Assembly (NCBI GenBank): GCA_951406725.2
Contig: OX597815.1
Span: 119,598,001 to 119,662,000, forward strand
DNA: 64,000 nt
Reading direction: 5' to 3'
Source of the DNA: Octopus vulgaris
Lineage: Eukaryota
The position numbers and the translations under genes are program-made. Below the pieces are notes generated by a model, which did no database searches, was not told where the DNA came from, and saw only the letters and a program-made list of their open reading frames with translations. This document shows, in pieces, positions 39,649-52,395 of the stretch (within the stretch, counting starts at the first letter, position 1; each line of letters opens with the position of its first letter).

Positions 39649-39843
39649 CATACACACACACACACATACATACATACACATACAACGGGCTTTCTTCAGT
39701 TTCCCTCTACCAAATCCACCCACAAGGCTTTGGCTGGCCCAAAGCTATAGTAAAAGACACTTGCCCAAAATATCACGCAGTGGGACTGAACCTGGAACCA
39801 TGTGGTTGGTAAGGAAGCAACTTACCACACAGCCACTCATGTG
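39401..39843 (-). mobile_element. SINE family A1, full length
   Basis: TCTTTTACTTGTTTCAGTC ... CCACACAGCCACTC; expanded internal (CA)/(TA) tract. Confidence 0.88.
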
Positions 39844-40489
39844 TGCGTGTGTGTGTGTGATACGGCATTCTTTCAACACAACTATGTTTTTCTATGCACA
39901 TATACACAATTATCCCAAAGGCCCTCTATGAATATCACTCTTATAAACAACAAAGCTTTCAGCTAGCAACAGCAGTATGTTATAAAATGATAGTTACCAT
40001 TTCCCCCAAAAAATAAATAAATTATAAACGAAAGATATCGATGTATGTATGTGAAAATTTGCAAGTCCTACTACTAACTAGATTGTCATTCATAACACTT
40101 TATATTAGGATGCAAAACTTCCAAATTAATTTAAGCCAAATAAACACGGATGATTCAGAAGGAAAAAATATAACAAAAGAACAATTACGGAAAGATAATG
40201 TTAAGATCAAGATTTGGTTTTTACTAATTAAACTCATTTTAATTAAAAAAAAAATGAGGGGCAGATCATTAGATATAAACAGTTTTATAGATTCCAGAAA
40301 ATGAAAAATAAAAAAAATCTATATTTTGTCTCCTGAAGTCAGAAACAGTCAATTCTGTTCTTAAGCCAATGATTCGAAAATCATTCTCCAATCCTATCAA
40401 TCAATAAGCACCATTTTCCAAAGCACAGATGGTCCAACAGAGGTTTTCAGAAAATTTTTTATCCTACTGTGATTTATATCTTGTTTTCC

Positions 40490-41320
40490 ACATGCTCCCA
40501 GATGAGGTTCAGACTGCAGCATGGCTGTGTCCTACTTAAGTGTCTTCTACTACAGTCTCAAGTCAACCAATGTCTTGTGAATGAATTTGGTAGATGGAAG
40601 CCTAGATTGAAGTTGTCATTTATTATTATTTATGGGATGACCCAATATATATATATATATATTACTAAAACTCTGTGATTGCTTACTTGCTTGTCTGTAA
40701 TTTAATACAGCCAAACTGGCGCATAATGGGAAAATAGTCTCAAAGTAAGTTACCCCTGAAATGGGAATACAAATAGAATAAAACAAGTTTTGTGTAAATC
40801 GGACCACGGATTCCTGAGATATGCATTTTTGGGTGGTTTGTTTCCACAAATTTAAGCAGTGAAACCTGGAGTTATTGCCCTTTACTGTAAACACCTTTAT
40901 AAATAGCCAAACTGGCACATACTGGGAAAATACTCTGAAAGTAAGGTACCATTGAAATGTGAATACAAACAGAATAAAACAAGTTTTGCATAAATTGGAC
41001 CACAGGTTCCCAAGACACATGGTTTTTTTCTCGTACCTTGAACTGTTGGTGACCCAACGGGTCACAGGTAGTCTAATATATATAAAATATGTGTATGTGT
41101 TAGTATATATATAAAATGTGTATGCATTGTGTTGGCCCCCTACCATCACTTGACAACCAATGCTGCTTTGTTTACAACCCCCTTGGCTTAGTGGTTCAAC
41201 AAAAGGGAATGACAAAATACCAGGTTTTAAAAATAAGTACCAAGGTCAATTTGTTCAAGCAAACACTTCAAGGGAAGCCCAGCTTGGCCACAGTCCCAAG
41301 ACTGAACCAAGTTAAAGATA
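40490..41320 (+). mobile_element. Old A1 SINE split by a Helitron-like insertion
   Basis: Head remnants at 40490-40615 (GTGTCTTCTAC, TTTGGTAGATGGAA) and body/tail at 41130-41320 (CTTGACAACC...GGCCACAGTC). Confidence 0.65.
40650..41071 (+). mobile_element. Non-autonomous Helitron-like element
   Basis: 3' perfect hairpin GTGACCC-AAC-GGGTCAC (41049-41065) followed by AG-GTAG|T (one mismatch to CTAG|T); TA-rich 5' end; internal ~114-bp direct repeat; no TSD. Confidence 0.7.
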
Positions 41321-42262
41321 AAACAAACAAGATAACCTTGTGGTTCCATGTTCAATTTTATTGCATATGTTGGGCAAGTATTTTTCTCCTACATTTTCAG
41401 GTTGACCCATGCCATGTGAGGGACATTAATAAGACTTACTATGTCAGTAAGTAAGCCTATCAAATGGACTGTCTCCTGTCCACATTCTCTGGTGATAAGC
41501 TTATTTGTTATCACCACCACTGGGCCTTGTGTATCTTTAACAGTTTCCATTCTTTCACAAACATTCAATCAGATTATATCTTCAAGCCAAGAATAACTGA
41601 GGTTTCTCCCTCCTTCATCCCAACTCCACAAGTTTCATGGCCCTATGAATGGTAACATACAGTAATGTCTCAACTGTTGCAGTTGTTATATTCCAAAACC
41701 ACCATGATAGGTGAAAATCCACAAAGTAGAAATTATTTTTAAAAAATTTTTTTAATCATTTTAATGATTTGTAAATATTTATTTTATTATAAATGCAAAG
41801 TAACACCACAGAGGAATTGATGTAAGCTTAAATAATAGACAGCAATATGGCAAAAGATTACTGTATATTTCTGTAATTAAACCATAAAAATTATTACCAT
41901 CATTATTTAATATCTACATTTCCATACTTGCATGGATCATGGAATTTGATGAAGCAGATGTTCTAAAGACGAATGCCAAACCTCATCCGTTTCCAGGCAA
42001 GGTAATATTTTCCCATAGACAGACTGGAAATGAACATAGCTTGTATGATGAGAATGCACATTTACAACTGTCACATGATGTCTTGACAAGGGTATGTATC
42101 AATGTATATATGCACATACATACATGCATGCATACATACATACACATACATGTAGTATAAGATGCAGATTCAGTGAATCATGCATCTGCCACAGAAAGCT
42201 CTTTTTAAGAATATGGTTATCAGTTCACATAATAATCAATTACAAAGAAGTGTAATATAATG

Positions 42263-42510
42263 TTCATCATCATCGTTATCAACATTTAATGTCTGTTTTC
42301 CATGTTGGCATGAGTTGAACAGCTTAACAGGAACTGGCATGGCCAGGGGGCACATTAGGTTCCATAGTCTGTTTTGGCTTGGTTTCTACAGCTGGATGCC
42401 CTTTTTAACACCAACCTCTTTACAGAGTGTACTAGGTGCTTTTTATGTGGCACCATCACCAGTGCTTTTTACGTGACACCAGCACCCACACCAATGCTTT
42501 TTATATAGCA
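42263..42510 (-). mobile_element. RTE-type 3' tail fragment
   Basis: (CAT)n, TTTTCCATGTTGGCATG, GGATGCCCTT and repeated GTGCTTTTTA units. Confidence 0.7.
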
Positions 42511-43425
42511 GATGAAATTATTCCATGAGCATATAAAAACAAAGTCAGAAGGTATGAGAGGTAAATATAAGTTTCTTTATTTAACCATATGGCATCCATG
42601 GAATTATGGCCATTTCACAACCTTCTTCATGTAATATTAATTTCAGTATGGAAGAAATTATGCACAGATATCTGTATTGATGTGTGTAATCAGCAGTATA
42701 AAATGCATATGCATATTCACAAATTAATGAAAATACAAAAAGCTAACTCATCAGATCACAAGAACATCAGGGCTACCACAATTCCACTTTAAATATTCTC
42801 ACAAAATTTACTCTTTACATACACAATGTACGGAAGGCTGAAATTGGACAAAATTAGATTGATTTGTTCCATAAAAGTAGTGATATATTGTATTGCTTTA
42901 TATTAAGTGCTAGACAGAATTTAAGGAATTGACCATCCTCAATATAAGCAAATAAGAAGTAAAATAGATAAAGTAAAAAAAAATAACATAAAAAGTATAT
43001 AAAAAATAAGCAAATAATATAAATGAATTTTTAGCCAAAGTAATTATATAGATGAGTAAGTGGGGAATGGAACAGCTGGTGATTTGAAGATTCCACAGAA
43101 ATCATGGATGAGTAGGACATCAAATAAAAGCAAGAAATAATATTCAACAACTGTAAACTTCTATATGGGATTAACAAAGTCGCAAAAACATCACAGAAAG
43201 AATTTGAACTTTCAAGAATTTTATTCACACGTCACCTACACCTCAATATACTTTCCAGCACAATGAAGTAGAGTAAAACAAAACACATATAGCGCAACTA
43301 GACAAGCATACATACATATAAATATAAACATACACATACGTACACACTCACTCATAAACATTACACACACATATTGAGAGAGAGAGAGTAAGAGACAAAA
43401 ACTATGTATTCAAAATATGCATGTA

Positions 43426-44089
43426 ATCATCATCATCATCATCATCGTTTAGCGTCCGTTTTCCATGCTAGCATGGGTTGGACGGTTCTACTGGGGTCTG
43501 TGAAGCCAGAAGGCTTCATCAGGCCCAGTCAAATCTGGCAGTGTTTCTACGGCTGGATGCCCTTCCTAACGCCAACCACTCCGTGAGTGTAGTGGGTGCT
43601 TTTTACGTGCCACCCACACTGGTGCCAGACAGAGCTGGCAAACGGCCACGAATGGATGGTGCTTTTTATGTGCCACCGGCACGAGGGCCAGGCGAGGCTG
43701 GCAACGGACACGAAACGGGGCGGTGCTGGCAACGGTCGCGAAACGGAAAGTTCTCTTACATGCCACCGGCACTGGTAACACATCTGCAATTTCCATTGAT
43801 CGATTTCGATTCTGATCCTCACTTGCCTCAACGGGTCTTCACAAGTAGAGTTTTGTGTCCCAAGAAGGGAAGGTATGCATACGTAGGCTGGCTCCATCCC
43901 ATGTAGAAGGCCACGGGTTATGGACTCACTTGTCCTGCCGGGTCTTCTCGCGCACAGCACACTTCCAGAGGTCTCGGTCTCTAGTCATTTCCTCAGTGAG
44001 ACCTAAAGTTCGAAGGTCGTGCTTTACCACCTCGTCCCAGGTTTTCCTGGGTCTGCCTCTTCCACAGGTTCCCTCAACCGCTAGATGTA
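43426..44089 (-). mobile_element. 5'-truncated RTE-clade LINE, young copy
   Basis: Encodes LAVEGTCGRGRPRKTWDEVVKHDLRTLGLTEEMTRDRDLWKCAVREKTRQDK* (part of ORF 43926-44147); CpG-rich 3' UTR; hairpin at 43463-43476; (GAT)n tail. Confidence 0.92.
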
Positions 44090-45865
44090 TACACACACAC
44101 ACAAATATATAATATATATACATGTGTGTATACACACACACACACACAACATACTTCTTTTAGTTTCTGCTGACCAAATCCACACAGAAGTGGGCCTAGG
44201 GCTATAGCAGAAGACACTTGCCTGAAGATCAGTGGTCAGGAAATAAGTTTCTTAACCACAAAGTCATACCTGTACCTAAACCATAAAAATATAAATTAAA
44301 AAGAAAAAAAAAAAAGAAAAAAGCTTAATGAGAAAATTTGTAGCCATTTCCATTTCACTGTCCACTATAACAAGCAACAACAACAAAAAAACCAATAATA
44401 TATTAAAGTGAAGTAACAGGCTTGGGTTGAAAATTTGATTTATTTCTGACCACTGATTTCTATAATGATTAATTGGTTAGGGGGTGGGGGTGGAACAAAG
44501 CTTATAAACTGAATGGTAGAAAACGCATTCTCTTTCCATTTTGCTCTTTCTGTAGCGTAGTTATATATTTTACTTGTAATAAATACTGATTGAAAATACA
44601 ATGTGCATCAAAACAAACATTTCAGGTGTTTTATTGACATTTTCATCATTCTCTACAGTGTCTACTTTTTAATATCATTATTATTATTATTATCATTATT
44701 ATTATTCTAGCGGCAAATAAATGAAATCATTATTATTATTATTACTGCTACTACTGCTACTCTATATTTCCTTTCATGGACTATTGGTCAGCGTTTATCC
44801 CCAGTTTCCATGGTTTTATGACAAGAGACAAACCACTATATTATTACAAGCAACTTATTGAATCAGTTGTGGTTTGTGTAATATTTGGCATCTAATATTT
44901 TAATATTTTGGAGTTTCTTTATGTTTTTTGCTTTTTTTGGAGTTGTTTTTATTTATTATTTTGTATAAACATTTTGAGATGTATAGTTATCATTAAAAAC
45001 AAATATTTTTTCTAGATGACTTGACATGGAATGACCCATATGTTATGGAATGGAATAGATTTACTTGAATCTTAAAACAAAAAAGTTACATTTAATAATT
45101 AATGCAAATCTAAATCATTATGCAAATACTGATATGCTACAATAAAATCAATAAAATCAAAGATCTATTGTTAGAGAAGGAAGTATAGGTAAAAATTAAA
45201 ACAGACAAAGCAAAAGAAAAAGAAAAAAGAAAACAGAGAAATAATTGGGATTTCAAAGAGGTCCATAAAGTAACTAGTGCTATACTCTGCTTATCAAATT
45301 TCTCAGACAAACATTTGCTACAAGTTCCCTTAAGCAGAATGTATGAAAATAGAAAGAGGCAGTTGTGTGCTTGTATTTATTCATACATTACTAAGCCTTT
45401 CTGTAGATCCTAGATATTTAGCTTTTTTTTCCCCCATATGCTTTTTTCAACTGGGTGCAGTTCCAACTCTAAAAATGTAGCCACAACCAGCCAGGGAGCT
45501 TCTGTGCCATAACTTAGCTTGCCAGAAATAGCACCCAAATCGTTCTCAAATCAGTAGCGAGCTTGCAGAATCAATGGAATTTTGCAGTATATGTCCCGGT
45601 TCTTTACATTCTGCATTCAAGTCCTACCGAGATCAACTTTGCCTTTCATTCTTTCAGAAGATGCAAAATAAAATGTCATTCAAGTACAGGGGTAAATGGT
45701 ATCAACAAATTCCCAGCCCTCACATTAAGAGATTATGGGCCATCATCAAGTGTTGCAGATTTTATTTCTGCCAATGACTGCATTGCAGCATTACTGTTAG
45801 TTTCAATTTGCTTAGCTGAAAAATTAGGGAACCTGCTATTTCTTTAAGGTTATATGATCACTTAA

Positions 45866-46075
45866 TTTTTTGGTTCCTAAATTTCTGTTGAAACAGACTA
45901 TCTTTCTTCAATTAATTTTGAAAATAATGACATATTTAGTCAAATAACTATAATAATTAATCTGGTGTTTGAAACAGAATTTAACAAGACATTTTGATGT
46001 AACAATTTAGGTAAAACTATAGCAGGAGATTTGTATCATAGAACCGAGAGGGGTCTTGGGCAGGTATCAAAAGAG
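45866..46075 (+). mobile_element. MITE family P2
   Basis: TTAA flanks; ends GGTATCAAAAGAG|TTAA. Confidence 0.72.
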
Positions 46076-46168
46076 TTAAACTCGAGCCAACTCTCATCAA
46101 ACAATTACACATGATCAAAGCCATTCTTACTGACTCAGGACTAGATTGTCAAATATGGCCTTGTTTAA

Positions 46169-46388
46169 ACCTTTAGCATTCAGATTGTTCTGTAAAATAT
46201 AATGCTTATTTATTCACGAAGTTTTGAATCAATCATGCATTATCTTATAGCTTCAAGATTTCAATGATGTGATTATTTATTTTTAGAATAGCATTGTAGA
46301 GTAGGTGTGAGAGACCAGCTCTGGCTGGTTTGAGTACAAAACAGGTAAAATATTTGGGCTGGATATAGACAGTTTAAATACTTAAAAG
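46169..46388 (+). mobile_element. MITE family P1
   Basis: TTAA|ACCTTTAGCATT ... AATACTTAAAAG|TTAA. Confidence 0.8.
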
Positions 46389-46729
46389 TTAAATGATTTG
46401 GCTGCTATTTCAGGTAGGTCAATCCAGTTTGGACTGAGGTTTTGGTTGTTTAAAACAAAAGGAAAAAAAAAAACAACAACTTCTAAAGCATTCAAGAATT
46501 ATCTTACTCCTGCTGGTATGGATAAATTAGCATAAAACAGTAAATATTTGTTGAGTGATTGAACTGATTAAAAACCTTGGGTATTAAAACAAATATTTAA
46601 CATGGTTTCAACTTCAAGTAGCTTTCTAAGTTTGTTTTCCTTCTCTCTGCACTTAGATACTTTAGATTTGAATTAATAAACTCTAAAAAAGAATACACGC
46701 ACACATGCACGAGCATAAACTGTTTACTC

Positions 46730-46765
<36 letters not shown>

Positions 46766-47139
46766 TTTATCTTAGCAAGATTTTACAAAGTTCAATTGTG
46801 CTTGAACATACCACCTGATGTAGCAAGTGTAACAATGTCTACTTCATGCTATTTTACTTTTATTTTTGTATTTAGTTATTTATTTATTTCAAAACACTAA
46901 ATTTCATGTGGAATTCAGGAGCTTGAGAGAGAGGGAGAATAACAGAGGCCATGAGCATGAGCATGTGAGCGTGGGTGTGCTTACTTTTGTGTGTGCATGT
47001 GTAAGTGCTGCACATTGCAGGCACAGTAAATTGTGAGCCAAAACAAAATCCCAAAAACATCAATAGCTCTCTTTAAAAGTCATCTATAGCAAACAACAAT
47101 GAAATAAGAAATGCTTAGAATATTCTCAAAGGTGAGACA

Positions 47140-47530
47140 CATCATCATCATAATCATCACTGTCATTAATTTAACGTCTACTTTTCCATGCTTGCATGGG
47201 TCAGACGAAACTTGATGAAGCAGATTTGCTATGGTCAGTTTTCCTCTCTGTTACTTGTTTACCTCCCCTAATTTGTACATTTTTCAGATTGTAAACAAAT
47301 GACTCCATTTTATAAATGACATGTTTACAATTAGCACAAGATATCAAGACATGTGCGCACATACACACATTATATATCAACATATCTTGTTTCCATCTTC
47401 CAGATTCACATACAAGGTTTTGATCAGCCTGAATCTACAACAGAAGATACTTGTCCAAGACACACAGTGGAACTGAACCCAAAACCATGTGATTACAAAG
47501 TGAACATTTTAACTACACAGCCATACCAAC
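47140..47530 (-). mobile_element. SINE family A2
   Basis: (CAT)n, TTAACGTCTACTTTTCCATGCTTGCATGGG, then the A head CAGTGGAACTGAACCC. Confidence 0.7.
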
Positions 47531-47601
47531 CTCCTACATATTAAAAAAATTTGGAACTGGTATACCAGATCATGTAACTTCATTGTGACTGTTGTATTTT
47601 T

Positions 47602-47859
47602 CAGGGCTGCGGGGTCAAAACAAAAACTTTGACTCCGACTCCTCTATTATTGGCACCCCCAACTTTGACTCCTCGTTATGTAATTGATTGTGGTCTACAT
47701 ATCTCATAAAGCATATGCATAAGATTGTACTTTGAGTAGGCATTTATGTTATAACTGGTTTATATTAAAGAATAAAGATATTGAGTCAGAGTCGGTATAG
47801 TTTTACTGACTCCAACTCCAGTTACCACTTAATTGTTTCCAACTCTGACTCCACAGCCA
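47602..47859 (+). mobile_element. MITE with GACTCC subterminal repeats and 8-bp TSD (hAT-like)
   Basis: CAGGGCTGCGGGGTC ... GACTCCACAGCC inverted ends; multiple (G/A)ACTCC units; TSD GTATTTTT (47594-47601) / ATATTTTT (47860-47867). Confidence 0.72.
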
Positions 47860-49179
47860 ATATTTTTGATAATAATTATAGTAAATGACTTTTCTTTTTC
47901 TTACATTTGTAAACAACAAATCTTTAAGGACACAACTAATTGAAGAGACCGAAGTACATATCTGGCACTTATTTTATGAACCTTAGTTAACTTTTGATAG
48001 CAACTCAATTAAAATCACCCCTGACATGATACTTAAATTAGAACCCTCAATCATAATTTTATTTAAGATGCTTTCATTATGTTCCATATAACTTCTCAGT
48101 AATGAGAAAGTAATCAGTTGTATACTAAATCCTTCTAAATTCTTGATTATTTTCAAAATAAACTGATATATATGGTAGAAACAAAAGGGTTATGGAAGGG
48201 GCGAAAGATAAAGCTCACAATAATAGTTGAATAGAGAAGGATGAAATTAAATACTAAGTATTTAGTTTCTCTCAGTCTGCTGACTTTTACTAATTGCAAT
48301 AGTAACAACTGATTTAGTTAAAAGCATACTTAAGTATTCCACTTAACATTTAGCCAACAGCATTATAACAGTCATCTTCTTATAAAAATTTGTCCATTTT
48401 CCAAAGGTAGCAAAGGTTACCTGCTAAATCTCTAAACTTGTAATTTCGTTTCATGAATTGGTTTTAAATATTAAGTAATACACGTCACCAGAGACTTTTG
48501 GTTCTATTAAGAAAGCCTACAACATGGTAGATTTGTATGAGAATCCATTCAGTCTCATATCAAAACCAAAATAACTACATACATCAAAGGACCACTCTAT
48601 AAACAATTTTCTTCATTATTCCAAAAGGTAACATAGCATCAGATAGCCTTAGCAATTCTCTGATGGGAATGCTTGTAATGTGATGGAAAATTTTAATGAT
48701 AGCTGTATCTCAAGAGAAGATTAATATTCAGCCATAGTAGCCTTGGTCAATTTAAGTAATAGTTTGCTGGAAGTAAAAATCTCTAATAGAAGCATTAGTA
48801 TTAAATGTCCATAGAGGCAGATAGTAGCAAGCAAAGACCACATTCTAGTTACAATTCCCATTTGTAAACCATTTTAACTCCTATTGTTAACTCATGAAAA
48901 AGAAGAAGTATGAATACCACACTATTTCATTTATGTTTGTTTCTCCACAAACCAGAAACGGTGCCCCTTTGTAAGTAATTAAAACTAAAAACACTAAAAA
49001 TACTAAGAAAATACATTCATGTCAAAAGTATTAATATTCCATCTTTTAGCTCAAAATATTTTTAATATCGCTTTTAAAATGCTAACAGGCAAAGAAACTC
49101 ACAAAACAAATACTACACAAAAATTACTATTCAAAAATTTGGAATACTGAATTTAGAGATACAGTATTATAGAATAGGA

Positions 49180-49570
49180 ACAGGCATGTCTGTGTGATTA
49201 AGAAGTTCACTTCCCAATCACATGGTTTCAGACTCAGTCCGACTCTGTGGCACCTTGGGCAAGTGTCTGCTACCATAGGCCCCAGGCCAGCTGAAGCAGT
49301 CTGAGTGGATCTGATAAAGGAAAATTGAAAAAGAAACTATCATGTGTGTGTATGACCATGCATGCATGCACACATGTGCGCCACTCACAGGCATTTCTCC
49401 TGTAAATAAATTGACCACTCACTTCATGCCTTCAAAGCAATGTAGAACATGAGATCCCTTACTAGACAAGCATGTAAAGGTTAGTAGCAAGAAGAGCAGT
49501 GGCTATATAACAATACCTCAATAATATATTTATCTAACCCCACATGAGCACGGAAAATGGACATAAAACA
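49180..49570 (+). mobile_element. SINE family A2, diverged
   Basis: CACATGGTTTCAG...CACCTTGGGCAAGTGTC head; decayed tail CATGAGCACGGAAAATGGACAT. Confidence 0.6.
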
Positions 49571-50248
49571 AGTAAATACTGATTTCATAGACTATGCATT
49601 TCAGTAATCATAGAGTGTATGAAGTTAGAAACTTAGGAATTGTTTATAATGAGATACATGTACGAATAAAATTTCAGTAACCTTACCAATCCATAAAATA
49701 AGTCTAAAAATCAACCTATGTTACATCATAAATGGTCCCCAAAATAAGAAAATAATTTGCCATGAGAGAACAAGAGAGAGCTGGCATTTTTGACATGGTC
49801 TTCATCAGGACATTAGACTACCCTTTCTCACAGCAAACTAATTTAACTTACTTTCTTAACAACCAACATTATTTTCTTTGGATTCTACAGGATTTATTTT
49901 TATATTACAAATACCTCTGCTCTGGTAATGCTGCTGTATTTATATGTGCTTCCCAGGTTATATGCATCAATAAAGTAATGTTGCTACATCTTTATACTGT
50001 TGGTATAGTGTAAGAGATGTGACCAGAAAAACTGTTATCAAATGTAATGAAAATAAAGGTAAATATCTCAAGACAAAATGATTTCACTAAAGGCCAAGTT
50101 ACAAATTACAACCAATATGTTCATCCAATTCATTTACAAAATATATACTAAATATTATATATCATACTCAAATATGAAGTCTTAAGTACTATTATGATGT
50201 AACATCTTGAAAAATATTTCAAGAATAACCATAGCACTTCAATTTTAA

Positions 50249-50465
50249 CACTTCGCTATTCAGATGACTGTGTGAAATGTAATACTTAGAAATTTTCACA
50301 TTGGTTGGAATTAACCATGTGTTATTTCTTGGTTTCAAGATTTTGATGATGTGATTATTTTTAGAATGACATAGTAGATAGGTGTGAAAAGCAGGATCTG
50401 ACCTGTTTGAACATAAAACAGGTAAAATATTTGGGTCTAATATGGCCAGTTTAAATGCTAAAGGG
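50249..50465 (+). mobile_element. MITE family P1
   Basis: Ends AATGCTAAAGGG|TTAA; TTAA at 50245-50248. Confidence 0.8.
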
Positions 50466-52183
50466 TTAAATACAAGATACTGGAAGAAGGTACCAAGGAA
50501 TTATATAATTTTGGCTAAAATAAATGCAAGGGACAGTTAGTAAGAGTTGCTGTTTCAATATATGAACTATAATGCAAATTTCTGAAAGGCTACAAGACTG
50601 ATACCATCTTTAAACAGCCATTCTATCACATGTTCTAACAATTCTGTTGTGTATCTTAGTATAAGGAAGATAATTATTATCACAATGCTTGTGCAATTGT
50701 ATAGCATATACTTACAGAATGCTTCTTTGCAGCTTTGTTTTTGTTTTTTGGAGGGGGGTAGGGCAGTCAGAAACCTTCAAATGAGTTTCATATACATAAT
50801 AGTAATTATACCATAAAAAGTAAAATGAACAGTAATGTTGGCTCAGTATTGCTAATTTAATATAAATATACTGTAGCAAATATGAACTCAAGTCTAGAAT
50901 ACACTTAAGTACATTTCAAAGTTCCACAATCAACCAATACATTTAGAGTTAATCATATAATGTGAATTTTCATTTTTGCTTTCCCTCTTTTTTTAATTTT
51001 TTTTTTGTTGTAAATTTCATGTTATATTGTTCTTTATTGCCTAACAGTAAGCAATCATATTTTTTTAAAAATAAAAACAATAAGCTCTCTTTCTCTCTCT
51101 ATATATATATATATATATCATCATCATCTCAAATATGCCTTTGGCTATAATGTTTTGTTTTGAAACCTATTTTTGGCAGACGACAATGTCCTACATCTCA
51201 TTCTTTTTATAAGACAAACACTGAGAAAGTTTTCGTAAGCAACGATAAATGATGGAGTCCAAATTTGAATAAATCCACCACTTGGTTTTGATAAGTTACA
51301 AATAAGCAGACCTATGTGGCTATGCCGCCAGCATTTTCTTTATTAGACATTAGAAAAGGAAAACAAAAACCATTCTTTTTGCAATGTCTGAACATGTCTC
51401 TCAAGAACTGGTTAATAAGAGGAATCATATGTACAGAAAAACAACTATGGCATCATATAATAATTAAGGAATGATAAATAGCAAAAAATAAGATTTGAAA
51501 GCAATATTAATATAGACAGAGCCTTAGTTACCTAGGTTACTTAAAGTTACCTAGCGAATTATGAAGCAGCTTGTTAAAAAAACCCTCTTCTTTTAAACTT
51601 CAAATTAAAACTGAATAGTTTTTATAAGCTGAATCTGAAGTAGAGGGATTCAGACATTTAAATGCAAACTAATTGAAATTCATCATTGAAGCATCGTTAG
51701 CAAGGAACATGTGAAAGTATTTCAGCTGTAATTGAAAACAATATTTAACATGCAAAAGAAACAGGTTTATTTATATGAAACCCAGTCAAAAAGGAAAATA
51801 AAAATAAGTTATCTTGATTGATGTTCATCAGTTCTTGAGAATAAAAATTGTTACAATATGCAATCGACATATACTAACTACCAAGGCAGAACTGCTATAT
51901 GAATGAATTATCAACATTAATTGGTTAGATGTGAAAACAGTTTCTTTGTAGTGAACAGTAGAATGAATAATGAGGAAACTTTGTGATGATATTAACTTTT
52001 GCCTTTAAAACAGTCTCTCAACTACCTAGCATTAAGGTGAGTTACAATTAAAAAGATTATCTCAGAGTTTTTTTTTCTTTTACATCCATAACTATTCTCA
52101 CTGCCAATTAAATTGCACCCTTTTGATGCCTTGCTAAAACCCAATCAGTAAACAAAAATATCTTCTCTAAAATCTAGATTTAA

Positions 52184-52395
52184 CCCTTTAGCATTCAGAT
52201 TATTCTGTCAAATGTTATGCTTATTAATTCAAATCGTTTTGAATTAATCAGGACTTATTCTGTAGTTTCACGGTTTTGATGATATGATAGTTAATTTTTA
52301 GATTGATATTATAGGGTAGACATGAAGGACCAGATCTGCCACTTTAAACATAAAGCAGGCAAAATATGTTTATGGCCAGATAAAATGCCAAAGGG
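52184..52395 (+). mobile_element. MITE family P1, complete
   Basis: TTAA|CCCTTTAGCATT ... AATGCCAAAGGG|TTAA. Confidence 0.88.

Noticed and set aside
40616-41215. Longest ORF in the track (199 aa) with an internal repeat
   Set aside because: Spans the SINE/Helitron junctions; the repeat is a DNA-level duplication.
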